64,000 nt of DNA from Eledone cirrhosa (lineage: Eukaryota): NCBI GenBank assembly GCA_964016885.1, contig CAXHJY010000935.1:26571-90570 (forward strand), read 5' to 3'. Numbering within the stretch: the stretch's first letter is position 1; each line of letters opens with the position of its first letter. The position numbers and the translations under genes are program-made. Shown here piece after piece: positions 38,281-51,775 of the stretch. The notes under the pieces are model-generated. The model saw only the letters and a program-made list of their open reading frames with translations, searched no databases and was not told the origin of the DNA.

Positions 38281-41200
38281 TGAGTATATAGTGATGGTTT
38301 GTTGGCGGTATTGGTAATTGATTGCGTTGTGTTGATTCGTTTGTTGTGTGTGTACTCACTTGTAGCTTGCTGTGTCGTGTGGTCACTGTTGTGTCCAGAT
38401 GTTGCATGTGTGCAGGTAAGTAAGTGTTCATTAAGATGATGATGATATGGTAGTTCCTTGATCACACAGAAAATGAATATATATAAATGAATCACAATGA
38501 CACTAAACCGCTATATTATTAATCTAGGGAAAATACACAAACGTTATCAAAGTGACACTACACCATAGAAACCTTTTTACAAGATAAGGTTAAAATGTAG
38601 GTTGCATTTGCAGTTGTTCTATATTTACTTTAATTTATACCTTATATCTGTGATATCTTGAAATAGCCAAGACCCAGAAATAATTGGCTGGCCTTAATAT
38701 TCTGCATGAGGCCTTAATGAAGATTTTAATGGTGAACCAATAACATGGTTTATGTGTGTGTATGTGTGCATGTATGTATGTGTGTATTTATGTATGTATG
38801 CATGTGTATGTATGTATTCTTATCTTTCTCTTAATTTTGAGTTTATTTTTGACAGGCAATCTTCTTGGTGGCAAGGTTGTAAAGAAAAGGAAATTTTTAT
38901 TATCTCTCGTGTAAGCACTCATCCTTTGAATCATAAGAATGTTTTACAGATTTTGAAGTTTACAGTTATCCTGTCCTTTTGTAGCTTATGAATTAAAGAG
39001 CTATGTTCTTTCCCCACAAATCCAAATTCACTCATACTTTGGTCCAAGCAGGTTGGTATATATCCTGTAGCTCTAATAATTATAGGTATGAAACTGAACG
39101 TGTATCTTGAGTACTGGATCTACAAACTCATCATAAATGTACATATTTATGTAGGTCGTTCCTCAGTGCTACTGGTAACATGGTTGGGTCATCGGCAATT
39201 AAACTAGCAACCCCACCAAGCTTGCTTGGTGAGGAGGAGGATTTTGGACACCCTGCGGGATGAAAAACAAAACCTGTCAAAAGGAAGAGGAATTCATGTG
39301 AGTCAATGGCCATCCAATAAAGTTTTTTTTTTGTGGAGAGAGTGACTCCTAGTCTTCATTAAGACATCTCTCAAGGAGAAGGTCACTCTGATATGAAACC
39401 TGCAACTGCATTTGCATTTAATGATGTAGACCAGTTCTACTTTTTGGTGTAAATGCATTTGATGTTCAGAGAGTGGGATTGGCCCCGTGCAAAGCCGTTC
39501 CTCCCTTAAAAAAAGCTTCAGGCACTTAAAAACTTTAGACTATAATCCATCCGCGTGTGTATAAGAAAACGAGGGAGGGGAATTATGTATCGATGATGTA
39601 TGTCAGCGAAGGGGAGAGGTGAAAACATCTGAAGAGATTCTATTTGTATAATGCACTTTACATAGAACACTCCCTGTCTGTAACCTTCAACTTCGTAGTA
39701 GGTCAGCCAAATCTCCATATAAAGGTGTAAGCTGTAAATTTCCTTTCATTTTATTAAATGACCTGATGAGAAAAAACAGCAATTTATCGCCGTCGTGAAA
39801 TTCTCATAAACAAAACTAGTTCAACCGGTGAAATCTAAGTGCACGGTAGATATATTAATATCCGGACATAGATATTTCATCACACACTTGTGGAAGATAT
39901 TAAGAGTAAGTTCTTTCCATTTGACTTTAAAAGAAATGATTATGCTACATTTGTCGCATGTATGAGTAATGATAATTTTAGTATATGTACATTATTTAAA
40001 TCATTAAAAAGCCAAAGGTAAGCTTTATTATAGTAGATAATATATGTATTGTAGTGTATGGAGAACTAAAATTTATTTTAGCGGTGCGATATGTTTAATA
40101 TCGAAATGAATTCGGTGAATTCGACAAAATATTTAATTTTCATATTTCGAGTTGTATTGTTAATCATTTTAATTGAAAGGAACAAGTAATCTAAATTATG
40201 CGTGAGGTCACAATATTTCTCTTAGTACATTCCTTTTTGTATATGCAGCGGTTTATAACTACTAATTTTTTCGATAATTAATTTTTATTCATTCTTTTCT
40301 AAATAATTTACTTTGTTTCTTTTCTCTATTTTTTTTGTGTGTGTATATATATATGTAATTTTATTTGTATAAATAACATTACAAATCGTTTGCAATTCTT
40401 TCAGAATGAAAATATAAACAGAGCATATATATAAATTTACAGTAGAATAACATTACAAATATGTTTTAAATATATATGTAGCGACGTGGTTAGTCAGTCT
40501 GGTCACTACTTCCGATCAGATCTGAGAATAGCCCTTAGAAGGACTGTTATCGCATACGGTCTGATCAGATCTGAAGATAGCCCTTAAAAGGACTGTTGTC
40601 GCATATAGCCCTTAAAAGAACTGTTGAGGATTGACAGACGAAAGCACAAGTTAAAAGGACGAAGCAAGGCGAGATGTAAATTCGATCAGCTATTTATTTT
40701 CACATGAAGCGACGATACGAGGTACAAGGCGTGTGTGAGTGACACAGCGTGGCAGAGGCGAGGGACAATGATACGCGAGTTGACTCTGCCAAAAGTCGAC
40801 TGCTGAAGTGTTTGGAACCACTTTATTTATACAGAAACAATCGTTTGATATTTAGCCGCTGTGTAGGCGTTTATTCTGGTAGCTTTTAAGGGTTCTTTTG
40901 TTTCACGTTGCGGTAGCAAGCTAACAGGTAGATGGCGCTGTATATTTCACAGATGTTATTTCCGGTGGCTGTACATTAACCCCTTGCCAGATCTTTTGTA
41001 CAACAAAAGAGCGAAATATCGTATAGTAATGGGCCAGTGGTACATTTGTCATGACAATAGCCCCAGGAGTGTCCAGCACGTTGTGAAATTTTGTGATCAT
41101 CGAGTACAGGACAGGGTCGATGTAGAGATGATATGGCATGATGTGTGTGTCAGGAAGAGAAAAAAGAAATAAACTATAAAATGACTTTGACCAGATTTAT

Positions 41201-41938
41201 GCAGGCGTGATGAATGAGCCTGTTGCAATTTGGGTTGAGCTGCCTGTGAATTGCGTGACAAAAAGTCTAACTGTGCAGTGAAGATAACCGTAATGTGTGA
41301 ACTGTATGGCTGTAAGCATGCTGCCTAAAAGTAACAGTTTGCTCCACAGCATATGACTTGAGCGAATGCATGTGGTAAAAAAATAGCGAGGCATTCTCGA
41401 GCTATTGAGTGAATGTGTACGTGAAAAAAGAAGGCCAGTGTTTTGAGGATGCGATTTGTGAAATGCATGATCAAAGAGAAAACATTTTGTAGTGTAAGAG
41501 TTAGAGGGACACAAATATCTATTGCTCAGTGTATGAACTAAAAGGTGAAACAAACGTGGTTTTGTAGTGTGCATGAAAAACAGAATATGTACACGCCTTG
41601 TATGTATATAAAAATTATGGCAATTACACAATCAATGTTACAGAACAAGAAAAATAAAAAATTTTGCAAAACAAGAGAGAGAAGAAAAAAAAATGATATC
41701 CACAATGTTTGTTCTTAAATAGTGTTTGTAATAAATAATTGTTTCTACTTTAGGCACAAGGCCAGCAATTACCCAGTGCATTACTGGTGTCTGTAATAAA
41801 TAATGTTCATTATAAATAATGTTCTTCATGACATGAGCACATGGTCACTAAAAATTGCAATTGTTCAAGCAGAAAGTTCATTGTATTTGAAAAATGGAAA
41901 TGTTTTGCACGAAGAATGATTAAGAAACTCACTTGAGG

Positions 41939-44900
41939 TTAACGGTAATTCACATATTGTGCCAACTTGGCGGGCCAATGGATGCGTCGTCCACTTCTCG
42001 TGACTGGAGATGAAACAGGCGGCTCGCTGGGACAGCAATCTGTTGGAGTTTCTGGTGTAGAGACTGTAACAGTATCCATGATGGCTTTTTTTAATCTGTC
42101 CACGCTGACAGAATTCTGTTTACCATCTAGATCGAGAATAAAATATTTCAGATATTTTTTTAGAACACGATAAGGGCCAGAATATGGAGGTCGAAGATGA
42201 GCTGAGATGGTGTCATTTCGAACGAAAACGTGTGTCCAATCTTTAATGTCTGAAGGTACGTGTGTGGCCATGTTCTGTTGATGGGTGCTTGCAGGAGCAA
42301 GGTGAGACATATATTGTCGAAGACGGTGTATGTATGGTCCTGGGTCTAGAACATCCTGAGGAGAGATGGGAGCAACCATCTGACCAGGTAGAACCAGGGT
42401 GGTGCCGTACACTAATTCTGCAGGTGTGTGCCCGAATTCCTCCTTAACGGTGGATCGAATGCCCAGAAGGATGAGTGGTAGGTATTCAAACCAGTGGGTC
42501 TTGTCTGGATATGCTTTTATTGCAGCTTTCAATTGGCGATGGAATCTTTCCACGAGACCATTAGCTTGCGGGTGATAAGCTGTCGTGCGGATGTGTTTAC
42601 ATCCTAACAGGCGAGTCAGTTCCCTGAAGAGGTGGGAGTCAAATTGACGTCCTCTTTCCGTTGTTATCTTCGCTGGGGTGCCATAACGTGATACCCAGTG
42701 TAAAACCAAAGTTTTAGCGACTGTTTCCGCTGAGGTATCATTTATGGGAAAAGCCTCAGGCCAACGGGAAAATCAATCTATGCAGGTGAGCAAGTGTGTG
42801 TAGTTCTGTGATGGTGGTAGAGGTCCGACGATTTCGATATGCACATGATGAAAACGTGCATCAGGTTGCGCGAATGTGCCGAGTGTAGTTTTGATGTGTC
42901 TGTGGACTTTGGCTTTCTGGCAGGCAATGCAGGTCCTGGACCAGTCGCGCACGTCCTTGTTAATGTTAGTCCACACAAAACGAGCAGAGATGAGTTCCTG
43001 TGTAGCCCGGATTCGCGGGTGAGACAAGCAGTGTAAAGCAGAAAAAACTTGTCGACGATGCATCTGTGGTACGTACGGTCGTTCATGACCGGTAGAAAGG
43101 TCGCACCAAATTTGTCCCAGAGAAGAAGGAATGGGAACTTGCTGAAACTTGAGGGATGGCGAATCTCGGAGCTTGATAAACTCTTCATCAGTCTCTTGGT
43201 CAGCTGCGATCTGTTGAAGGTCCATGCCTGAATGCACATGTATTGCGTTCAGCTGAATTCGGGACAGGGTGTCGGCTGCTACGTTGTCTGATCCCTTGAT
43301 ATGCCGAATATCAGTTGAATATTGGGAGACAAAATCCAGGTGTTGGAGTTCTCTCGGTGAATGTCGATCAGGTTTGGTACGGAACGCATAAACTAGTGGT
43401 TTATGGTCCGTGTAGATCACGAAATCTGATCTTTCGAGCATGTGCCAAAAATGCTTAACCGAAAGATAGGTTGCCAAGAGTTCGCGGCCAAAGGTACTGT
43501 ATTTCGTTTCTGCCGGTTGCAACCACTTAGAAAAGAAGGATAAGGGTTGCCACACGCCATCGACATGTTGTTGTAGAACGCCTCCAAACTCCGTGTCTGA
43601 TGCGTCCACTAGCAGCAAAAGAGGAGCGCCAGACCTGGGGAAAACGAGCATGGAAGCGTTTGTCAACATTTCCTTCAGGCGGTTAAAAGATGTTAATTCT
43701 TCCTCGTTTAGAGTGATCTCTTCGTTTGTGCGAGTCCGGTTACGAAGAAAGTCCATGAGGAGTTTGGCTGCGTCGGAACAATGAGGGATAAAACGCCTAT
43801 AAAAATTCACCAGACCGAGGAATTCACGCAGTTTCCGAAGTGATGTAGGTGCGGGAAAACCGCGAATAGCTTCCACTTTCTCGGGAAGTGGATGGATGCC
43901 GTCTTTATCAATGATGTGCCCGAGAAAGGACAGTGAAGGAACGCCGAGAAGGCACTTGCTGAGGTTGATGATGATACCGTACTCAGCCAAACGTCGGAAA
44001 AGGAGATATAAGTGCTTCTCGTGTTCATGCTCGGAAGTACTTGCTACCAGCACGTCGTCAATATACGCGTATACGAAGGGTAGATCGCGTAACACGGTGT
44101 CAATAAATCACTGAGTTTGTGCAGACCGAACGGCATTCGCAGGAATTCGAATAAACCAAACGGCGTTGTGATTGCGGTCTTCATAATATCTGCAGGCTCC
44201 ATAGGTATCTGGTTGTATGCACTCACCAAATCTATCTTGGAAAAGATGCGTGCACCTTGCAGAGAAGCAGAACAATCGTGCAGGTGAGGTACAGGGTAAT
44301 TATCGGCCACTGTAGAATTGTTAAGTGCACGATAATCCCCACATGGTCGCCAATCATTCTCGTTTTTTTTTTAGGAACAAGGTGTAGGGGTGCAGACCAG
44401 TTGCTGGAGGAAGGGCGAATGATTCCGAGGTCCAGCATGTGTTGGAACTCCTGCTTGGCGATTCTCAATCGGTCTGGAGGCAGTCTCCTTGGTCGGGCAG
44501 CTGTGGGTGGTCCCTTTGTCTCGATGTGGTGCGTGACACTATGCTTAATAGGACCATCCTTAAATACTGGGCGAGTGATGTCTGGGTATTTCTGGAGAAT
44601 GCTGTTGTACCGTGAAGACTCTGACTGGCAAATTACAGGGCTCACTGTGGATTGTGTGGTAAATATACCTCTCACAGTGAGGTTTGTGGTGGTGTCGATA
44701 AGCCTCCAGTTCTTCAAGTGGTGGAGAAAATCGGCTCCTAGGATAGGGGTCGGCAGATCTGCCACGACGAACACCCATTGATAATGCCGCGTCAGGCCTA
44801 AATTGAGGGTCAGTGATTTTTTCCCCGAAAGTCGGAATTGACGATCGGTTCACTGCCTGCAGAAAGGACGGGGTTGGGTGTCTTTTGCCCGAGATTAATG

Positions 44901-45348
44901 AAACAGGAATAACACTAACCTGGGCTCCTGTATCCACGAGGTAACGGATGCCTGTCGCCTGGTCGTTAATAAAAAATAGACGACTTTTCTTTTCAGTACC
45001 TGGGGTGAACGTCGTCGCTAGGCCCTGGGTGGTATTCCGGAAAGAGCACGGGGCTTTGCACTTAGATGCCTGTGCGCCGAATTTTGCGTGATACCAGCAG
45101 AGGTTGCCAGGCACACGATTTTGATTGGGACTTCTGGATCTTCGACTGTGAAAAGGCCTGGATAGACTGTTGCTGCGTCGCCGGTGTGTTTGAAATGTCA
45201 GGTTCTCTACTTGATTTGAGAGGGCTTTAATTTGACCAGCCCGCTCTCTGATCATAGCCCGCAGCTCTGAAATCTCGGCCTCTGTCGTTTGTGACATGTC
45301 CATGTTGGTTTTTTTCTTAGGTGCTGTCTGGTTGCGCGTTCGACTCAC
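41939..45348 (-). pseudogene. Disrupted Gypsy gag-pol (ORF fragments 44560-45348, 44232-44774, 44044-44310, 42773-44095, 41939-42709)
   Basis: Consecutive ORFs in different frames carry CWYH.KFG..A.KC (gag), protease, RT, RNase H and integrase motifs. Confidence 0.92.
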
Positions 45349-45360
45349 ATCGGGTCACCA
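45344..45360 (-). other. Primer binding site complementary to the tRNA-Trp 3' end
   Basis: Minus strand TGGTGACCCGATGTGAG, 2 nt from the 5' LTR, compared with canonical TGGTGACCCCGACGTGAT. Confidence 0.85.
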
Positions 45361-46409
45361 ATTGTAGCGATGTGGTTAGTCAGTCTAGTCACTACTTCTG
45401 ATCAGATCTGAGAATAGCCCTTAGAAGGACTGTTATTGCATACGGTCTGATCAGATCTGAAAATAGCCCTTAAAAGGACTGTTGTCGCATATAGCCCTTA
45501 AAAGAACTGTTGGGGATGGACAGACGAAAGCACAAGTTAAAAGGACGAAGCAAGGCGAGATGTAAATTCAATCAGCTATTTATTTTCACATGAAGCGACG
45601 ATACGAGGTACAAGGTGTGTGTGAGTGACACAGCGTGGCAGAGGCGAGGGACAATGATACGCGAGTTGACTCTGCCAAATGTCGACTGGCGAAGTGTTTG
45701 GAACCACTTTATTTATACAGAAATAATCGTTTGATGTTTAGCCGCTGTGTAGGCATTTATTCTGGTAGCTTTTAAGGGTTCTTTTGTTTCACGTTGAGGT
45801 AGCTAGCTAACAGCTAGATGGCGCTGTATATTTCACAGATGTTATTTCCGGTGGCTGTACATATACATAAATAACATTACAAATGCTTAGATAACATTAT
45901 AAATTGCTCGCGATTAAAGAAAATGTAAAGGAAGGGGTGAACAACCGAGCCAACACCTGAGCAAAAGACAGCAACGTCGCGAGGAGTACTGGGCAACCTC
46001 TCTAATAATTTTTGAGGCAAGCCAGCACACTCGCAGCGTTGTCTCGAGTGATGGCGAGGCTAATGCGCTGGAACAGCCAAGTGCCCTCACGCTCTATTAG
46101 GTGAGCCGCCTAGTGAAGAGAGGAACCTCGCAGTCAGCGGCCCGACCCTTTGCTGCCTCAATGCAAAGGCATGTTTGTTGTTGGTCTCCGACTCACTGGC
46201 GGAGGAATTTTCCCCCAGGCAGCTGGGGGTGGGTACCAAGTTGGGATGTGAGGCTGCTGTCCACGCTACCAGAGCATTTACCAACTTAACCTCAGGAATG
46301 CCTTTAACTCCGTCAGCCGCGACGTCGTCCTCAGCTCAGTAAGAGAGAGGGTCCCACAACTCTACCACTTTGCTTGGCAGGCTTATCGGGAGCCCTCCTA
46401 CCTCTCTTT

Positions 46410-46567
46410 AATATATAATTATATATTCGTGTACAGATATTTTTGCATACACAATAACAAAATATAAACAAACGTATTTATTTCACGAGGCTCGTTAAGG
46501 ATAAATATATATCAAATATATAAGAACTCTAGAGCAAATCCCGAGCAACGTCAGGCCATTCAGCTAG
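46410..46567 (+). mobile_element. Short non-autonomous Helitron remnant (a similar 3' end occurs at 9372-9399)
   Basis: Shares GTGTACAGATATTTTTGCATACAC with 59325-59350 and ends CCCGAGCAACGTCAGG...CTAG|T. Confidence 0.6.
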
Positions 46568-46653
46568 TATATACTAAAGTTTTAATATATATATATATAG
46601 TTACTAAGGTTTTAGTATATATATATACATAGTTACTAAGATTTTTATATATA

Positions 46654-47115
46654 TGTAGCGAAATCTGTCCACGCTTTGAACCTTAGGTGACACCTAGAAG
46701 TCAAATTCTAGGTCACCATCCTTTTCGGTGTGGACAGGTTAATGCGTGGGCGATCCCTCAAGGTGGGAGACAGAAAGCGACAGGTATATAAAGCCTATAT
46801 TTTCCCACGTTTTACACAGAGAGATCAGAACCATACTCTATATTACAAGCTATGGAAAGATTCACCGCCTACTACAGGCCACAGAGGTCTACAGATCATT
46901 ACTCTCTCTCCCCTGGTCGCAGACTACTCCAGCCTCATGAACCAACAACAAAATAACATTGTCAACCTTCGCAACTCGTGGTAACTTGTTTATTGTTCTT
47001 TTTGACTGAAGTGAAGTGAACCTTTTTATATATAAAGTAAATCAGCTTTTCTTGTTATTTCAACTAACAACCCTGTTATTCATCTAACAATTTCTTACTA
47101 ATACCCTTCGTTACA
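46654..47115. mobile_element. Solo LTR of a second family
   Basis: TGTAGCGAA...TTCGTTACA inverted termini, flanked by TATA/ATAT, internal TATATAAA, no coding sequence. Confidence 0.7.
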
Positions 47116-47499
47116 TATATATGCCAACAACAACCCTGAGCACCTTTTTGAATTCTATGTGTCCCACACTTGTGGGCATGCCTACAAATTCAGAAAACAG
47201 CTCAGCTCCCATGACTTTCTGAAACATTTTTTCATGCTCAGAGTTGCTGAAGCATGGAACAAACTACCTGCATCAGTTGTTAGCTGCTGGGACACTGCAT
47301 CTTTTAAAACCTACATGCTTCCTGAAATTCACCAACACTACACCTGATATCTCCTCCATCCATACGCACGCACACATGTATATCATGACTCATACACTGT
47401 TCACTTTCCTGACATTTCTACATTATTCTATGTACTATACATGCACCTTTGATGAGTTGTAGTGCACCCGAGCACTGTACACAATAATTTCATTATCTT

Positions 47500-49045
47500 G
47501 TGGAGAGGACAAGTTCCGTTGGTGAGGCAGTCCATCTGCTGCCAGCACCCTCTACGTGGAGAGCTGGGCATACCGTGGTTAATGATGCGCAGACATGCGC
47601 TGAGGCTGTGACATCTCCAGATATTCTGCCTAAACGGTGAACAGGTGTGGTCGCCATTTATCAGACGAGCTTTCCGCAGCTCGTTTCTTTGACTGAGCTG
47701 CAGTCCTGGGTCAAGAAGAGACTGAGACTGGGTGACTGGCACCTGGAATGTTGCCAGGCACTCACTGTCCTCTACCAAGCGGGCAATGCGATCATTGGAA
47801 CTTCCACTCTCAAGTTCTATAGAGGATTAGTGGTGGGCAAGTGCGATGATGCACTCGGAGAAGCTTTGGGCCTTGACGAAGTCAAACTGACCAGTCTGTT
47901 CCGGAGGACTTTCGAGCCGGGGATGATGGACAATTTCCAGAAATCCCTCCTTGGCAATGCTACCAGGGGCACTGCCGGTTCGAGGTAAACTCTACAGGCA
48001 CGGAAGTGCTGTCAGACGGACCTGCCCAAGATGCGCACAGAGCGACGGAACCGTTCTAGACGCACTTGTCCAATGTCCAAGTATTACTGACTTGTGGAGT
48101 TATGTCTAACAGCTACTGTCGCGTGTAGAACGGATCCGGCTATTGGCCGAGTCCATAGTGAAGATTGACCCGCCGCCTTCCTTTGGTCAGGAAGGGAATG
48201 TAATTTCCTCTGTCTGGTGGCAGTTGCGAAAGAGGTTATATGGTGGACCAGATTGAAAGGACTGAAGACAGACACTTTTCTCTTCGGCCAATCCCTCATC
48301 AACTTATTCAAGTTTCACCTGGAAAAGAAAGGTGAGGGTGGAGAGAGAAGTGCTGTGCCCCAGTACATTTGCTAAAAGGTGGATTAATATGGCGAGAATG
48401 GCCCGTGTGAATGGGCCTACTTTGACCATGCGCCTATAGGCTAGCTAATTTGAGGAGAGGGGTGTAGGACGGATCCGGTTATCGACTGAGTCCATTGTGC
48501 AGATAGCCCCGCCATCCTCCTTTAAAGAGGAAGAAGGGCAGGCAGTTTTTATCTGCCTGGTGGCCATGGCGAAAGAGATTGTGTGGTGGACAAGGTTGAA
48601 AGGGTTGAAGACAGACACTTTCCTCTTTAGCCAATCCCTGATTAACTTTTTCAAGTTTCACTTGAAGAGGTAAATCAGGGTGGAGAGACAAGTGCTGTCT
48701 TCTAGTAAGTTTGTTGAAAGGTGGGTGAAAGTGGCGAGTGTGCTCCGAGAAAACGGGCCCGCTCTGAGTATGCACCTGTAGACTGAGGAGTGGGACAACT
48801 GAGAGAGGGCGCTTGCCCTGGTAGTCAGGGTGGCCGTGGTCTTTTGTGTGGTTTTCGCAATGAGTGATGCTCGGAAGTTTTCCCCCTATTGGGGAATCTT
48901 TTGTTGTTTGAATTTTTTTGATATTTCTATCTTGTTATAACCTTTTTTACACGACCAAAACCCACTTTGTATTGTCCTGTACCGTTCTGTGCCTCTGTAA
49001 TGTTTTTCTTCATGTTAGCCCTTGTGGCAAATAAAGAAACCATTA
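47500..49045 (+). mobile_element. Two tandem L1/Tx1-like 3' fragments (47500-48440, and 48460-49045 with 3' UTR)
   Basis: Homologous to 14840-15700 and 2030-2460; AATAAA near 49030. Confidence 0.85.
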
Positions 49046-50059
49046 TTTTGCTTTATTATTATTGTTTTGTTTTCTGTTTTTTTAATATTTTAAAATATTT
49101 TTAAAAATATTTTTTATCTTTATTGTTTTTATTGGAATATATATATATATTTAATACACAAACACTTCCGTCTCACTCAACAAACATTAGAATATACCTT
49201 AGTATAATCCCAATTATACGTTTGGGGTGGTAACTATATGTATTTTGCGGATAGCCAGTTGTATTATTTTATATGAGACATAATTAAATACATCCCTCTT
49301 TCCAAACGATCGTTTCATTATAAGTTTTATGCAAGTGGGTACTTATAAATCATCAGTGGATGCCCAACAATATCAATATAAAAAAAACCCTACCGATATT
49401 AACATTCAGCGATGGTACCCGTCAATGTTTGAGTGACCGCCAAATTTGAAATTCCAGCAGTCTCACAAAGAGAAATCTCACACCGTCACCAAGCGGGAAG
49501 GGGAGGTCATCGCAAAACATAAAAGGATTAAATAATATGCACGCAGGTCAATTAATTCTGTCAAGAATTTTAACCATGCGTGAAGAACTCAATTGGATAT
49601 AAAAAAAAATATATATGCATGTCTTATTTATACATGCATAGAGGTATTTTCTCAGGCTAAAAACAGAGACAAGATACCGGAAAAACAATCAATATTTCAT
49701 ACAAAGAATAAATAAAGTCATATATATATATATATATTGTATGTTTATATGTCATCATCATCATCATCATCATCATCACCGTTTTACGTCCGTTCTTCCA
49801 TGCTAGCATGGGTTAGACGGGTTGTCCTGTTGTGGGCAGTGTCTGGTCGGCTGACCATGCCTTGCTCATACAGGAATTGATTTTGGCTTGATTTCTACAG
49901 CTGGATGCCCTTCCTAACACCAACCTCATTTACAGTGAGTGCTGGGTGCTTTTTCCGTGGCGCCTACACGTCCACTTTACAGTGTGGGCTGGGTACTTTT
50001 TTGCCGTGGCACCTCCACGACCACCTTGCAGTGGGGGGTGTGGGAGCATATTGTCTATA

Positions 50060-50510
50060 TGCTTCAGTTTGTACCCATGAGAGGTCGGGTACTCTGTATT
50101 AGTGCGTGACGCCAGAGGTCACGGTCCTGTGTCATCGCCTTTGAGAGGTGTAATTGGGTAAGATCGGCTTTTATCACCTCATCCCAGGTCTTCTTGGGTC
50201 TCCCCACTCCGCGGTTTCCATTGACTTCTAGTGCTCTGCACCTTTTTATGCAGCTGTCATCCTTCATACGCATCACATGTCCATACCAATGCAACCGCCT
50301 CTCCTGCACACAGCATTTGATTCCTCTTATGTTCAGTCTCTCTCTCAATTAATTTATGCTTTGCCATTCGCGTATATTACTATTACACATCCATCGGAGC
50401 ATGCAGGCTTCGTTTCTTTCTAATCTATGTAAGTCTTCCACCTTCAACGCCCAGGTCTCACTACCATGTAACATTGCTGTTCGGATACACGCATCATACA
50501 GTCTGCCACG
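50060..50510 (-). mobile_element. RTE LINE 3' fragment
   Basis: VQERRLHWYGHVMRM...GRPKKTW C-terminal motif. Confidence 0.8.
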
Positions 50511-51443
50511 CAGTAATACAGAAGACCCACGTTCCCTACGTGCAAAGTTAACCTACAGTTAGTAGGCCCCTCCAAACCAAACATACATCCAAACCCACTA
50601 CCCCTACTCCACCCTTCCACTCCTGCCAATACCACCCTTTCTCTAAAGTAATGTCAGTACCACAACATCCAGTCCAAACTAATGAGGTTGTGTAGGTGTC
50701 ACGACAAAATAAAAGGGAAAGAAAAAAAAGAAGGAAAGAGAGAAGGGAAAAAGAAACAAAAAAAAAACCCACAGTCCACGCTGTAATGTGGTCATGTAGG
50801 TAACACGGTAAAAAGTTCCCAGTTCATACTGTAAATGTGATTGGTGTTAGGAAGGGCATCCAACCGTAGAAAACCTGCCAGATAGTCCTATACGAGCGAG
50901 ACACGCCTAACCCATGCTAGCGTGGAAGATAGACGTTAAATGATGATGATGATGATGATGATATGTATGTATATATATAAAAAAATAGTAAAAAAGAAAA
51001 AATAGTAGGAAATGCTAAAGGGATTTTCTCTCAGAATAACATTTATTTACAAAATAGGGATTTCTGCATTAATTTGTACCGGTTTCATCTTATATGCTTT
51101 TTCAACGATGGAAGTGTATAATGAAATTAAATTGCATATTAATAAGAATAATAAGAATGTGGAGAAAAAAAATTGGTTTCTACATACATATTTAGGTAGA
51201 AAAGTTCACATATTTGTCTGTAGTTTTCTTTCTTTCTCTCTTAGTCCTGACCTTAGCCTTATGTATATATATATATGTATGTATAGTTCTGTATATGTAT
51301 AGATGAGGGCGGCTGTGTATGTAGAGGTAGCGGTGGGAATGTGCGAATGCGGGTTAGTTAGTGAATGTTTGCCTATGTATCTGTGTGGATGTATGTATGT
51401 GGTTGTGTATATATATATATATGTGTCTGTATATATATATATG

Positions 51444-51474
<31 letters not shown>

Positions 51475-51571
51475 GTGTGTGTATGTAAAAGGTAAACAGA
51501 AATAACAACATAATCGGTACAGTATATGGAAGAAATATATTAGGTTAACGCTTGAAATAGTAGGAAGAGGG

Positions 51572-51607
51572 TCTTAACGTTTCAGACGCTAGTCCTTCAT
51601 CAGAAGA
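51572..51607 (-). ncRNA. Minimal hammerhead-like motif
   Basis: Minus strand reads TCTT-CTGATGA-AGGAC-TAGC-GTCT-GAAA-CG-TT-AAGA, with one extra A after the core. A degenerate homolog lies at about 24507-24539. Confidence 0.45.
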
Positions 51608-51739
51608 AAGAATGAGAAATTAGATGTATTGAAGGGACAGGCAGGGTGGAATTGGAAAAATGATCTTTATTATAAAAATAACAGGTTCATTCATGTTGCC
51701 ATCTCTTTGAAAACTTTGTCTGTAAATATGTATATATAT

Positions 51740-51775
<36 letters not shown>

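Larger units (their letters stand above)
40477..45861 (-). mobile_element. Ty3/Gypsy LTR retrotransposon with two 499-bp LTRs (40477-40975, 45363-45861) and frameshifted gag-pol
   Basis: TG...CA LTRs, TATA target-site duplication, tRNA-Trp-type PBS. Domain order is protease (LVDTGA), RT (YIDD), RNase H (VDAS, YTDHKPL), integrase ([15 protein letters not shown]). Confidence 0.97.

Noticed and set aside
40976-41938. Possible env-like ORF between integrase and the 3' LTR
   Set aside because: Only short ORFs (up to 144 aa) with no recognisable envelope features.
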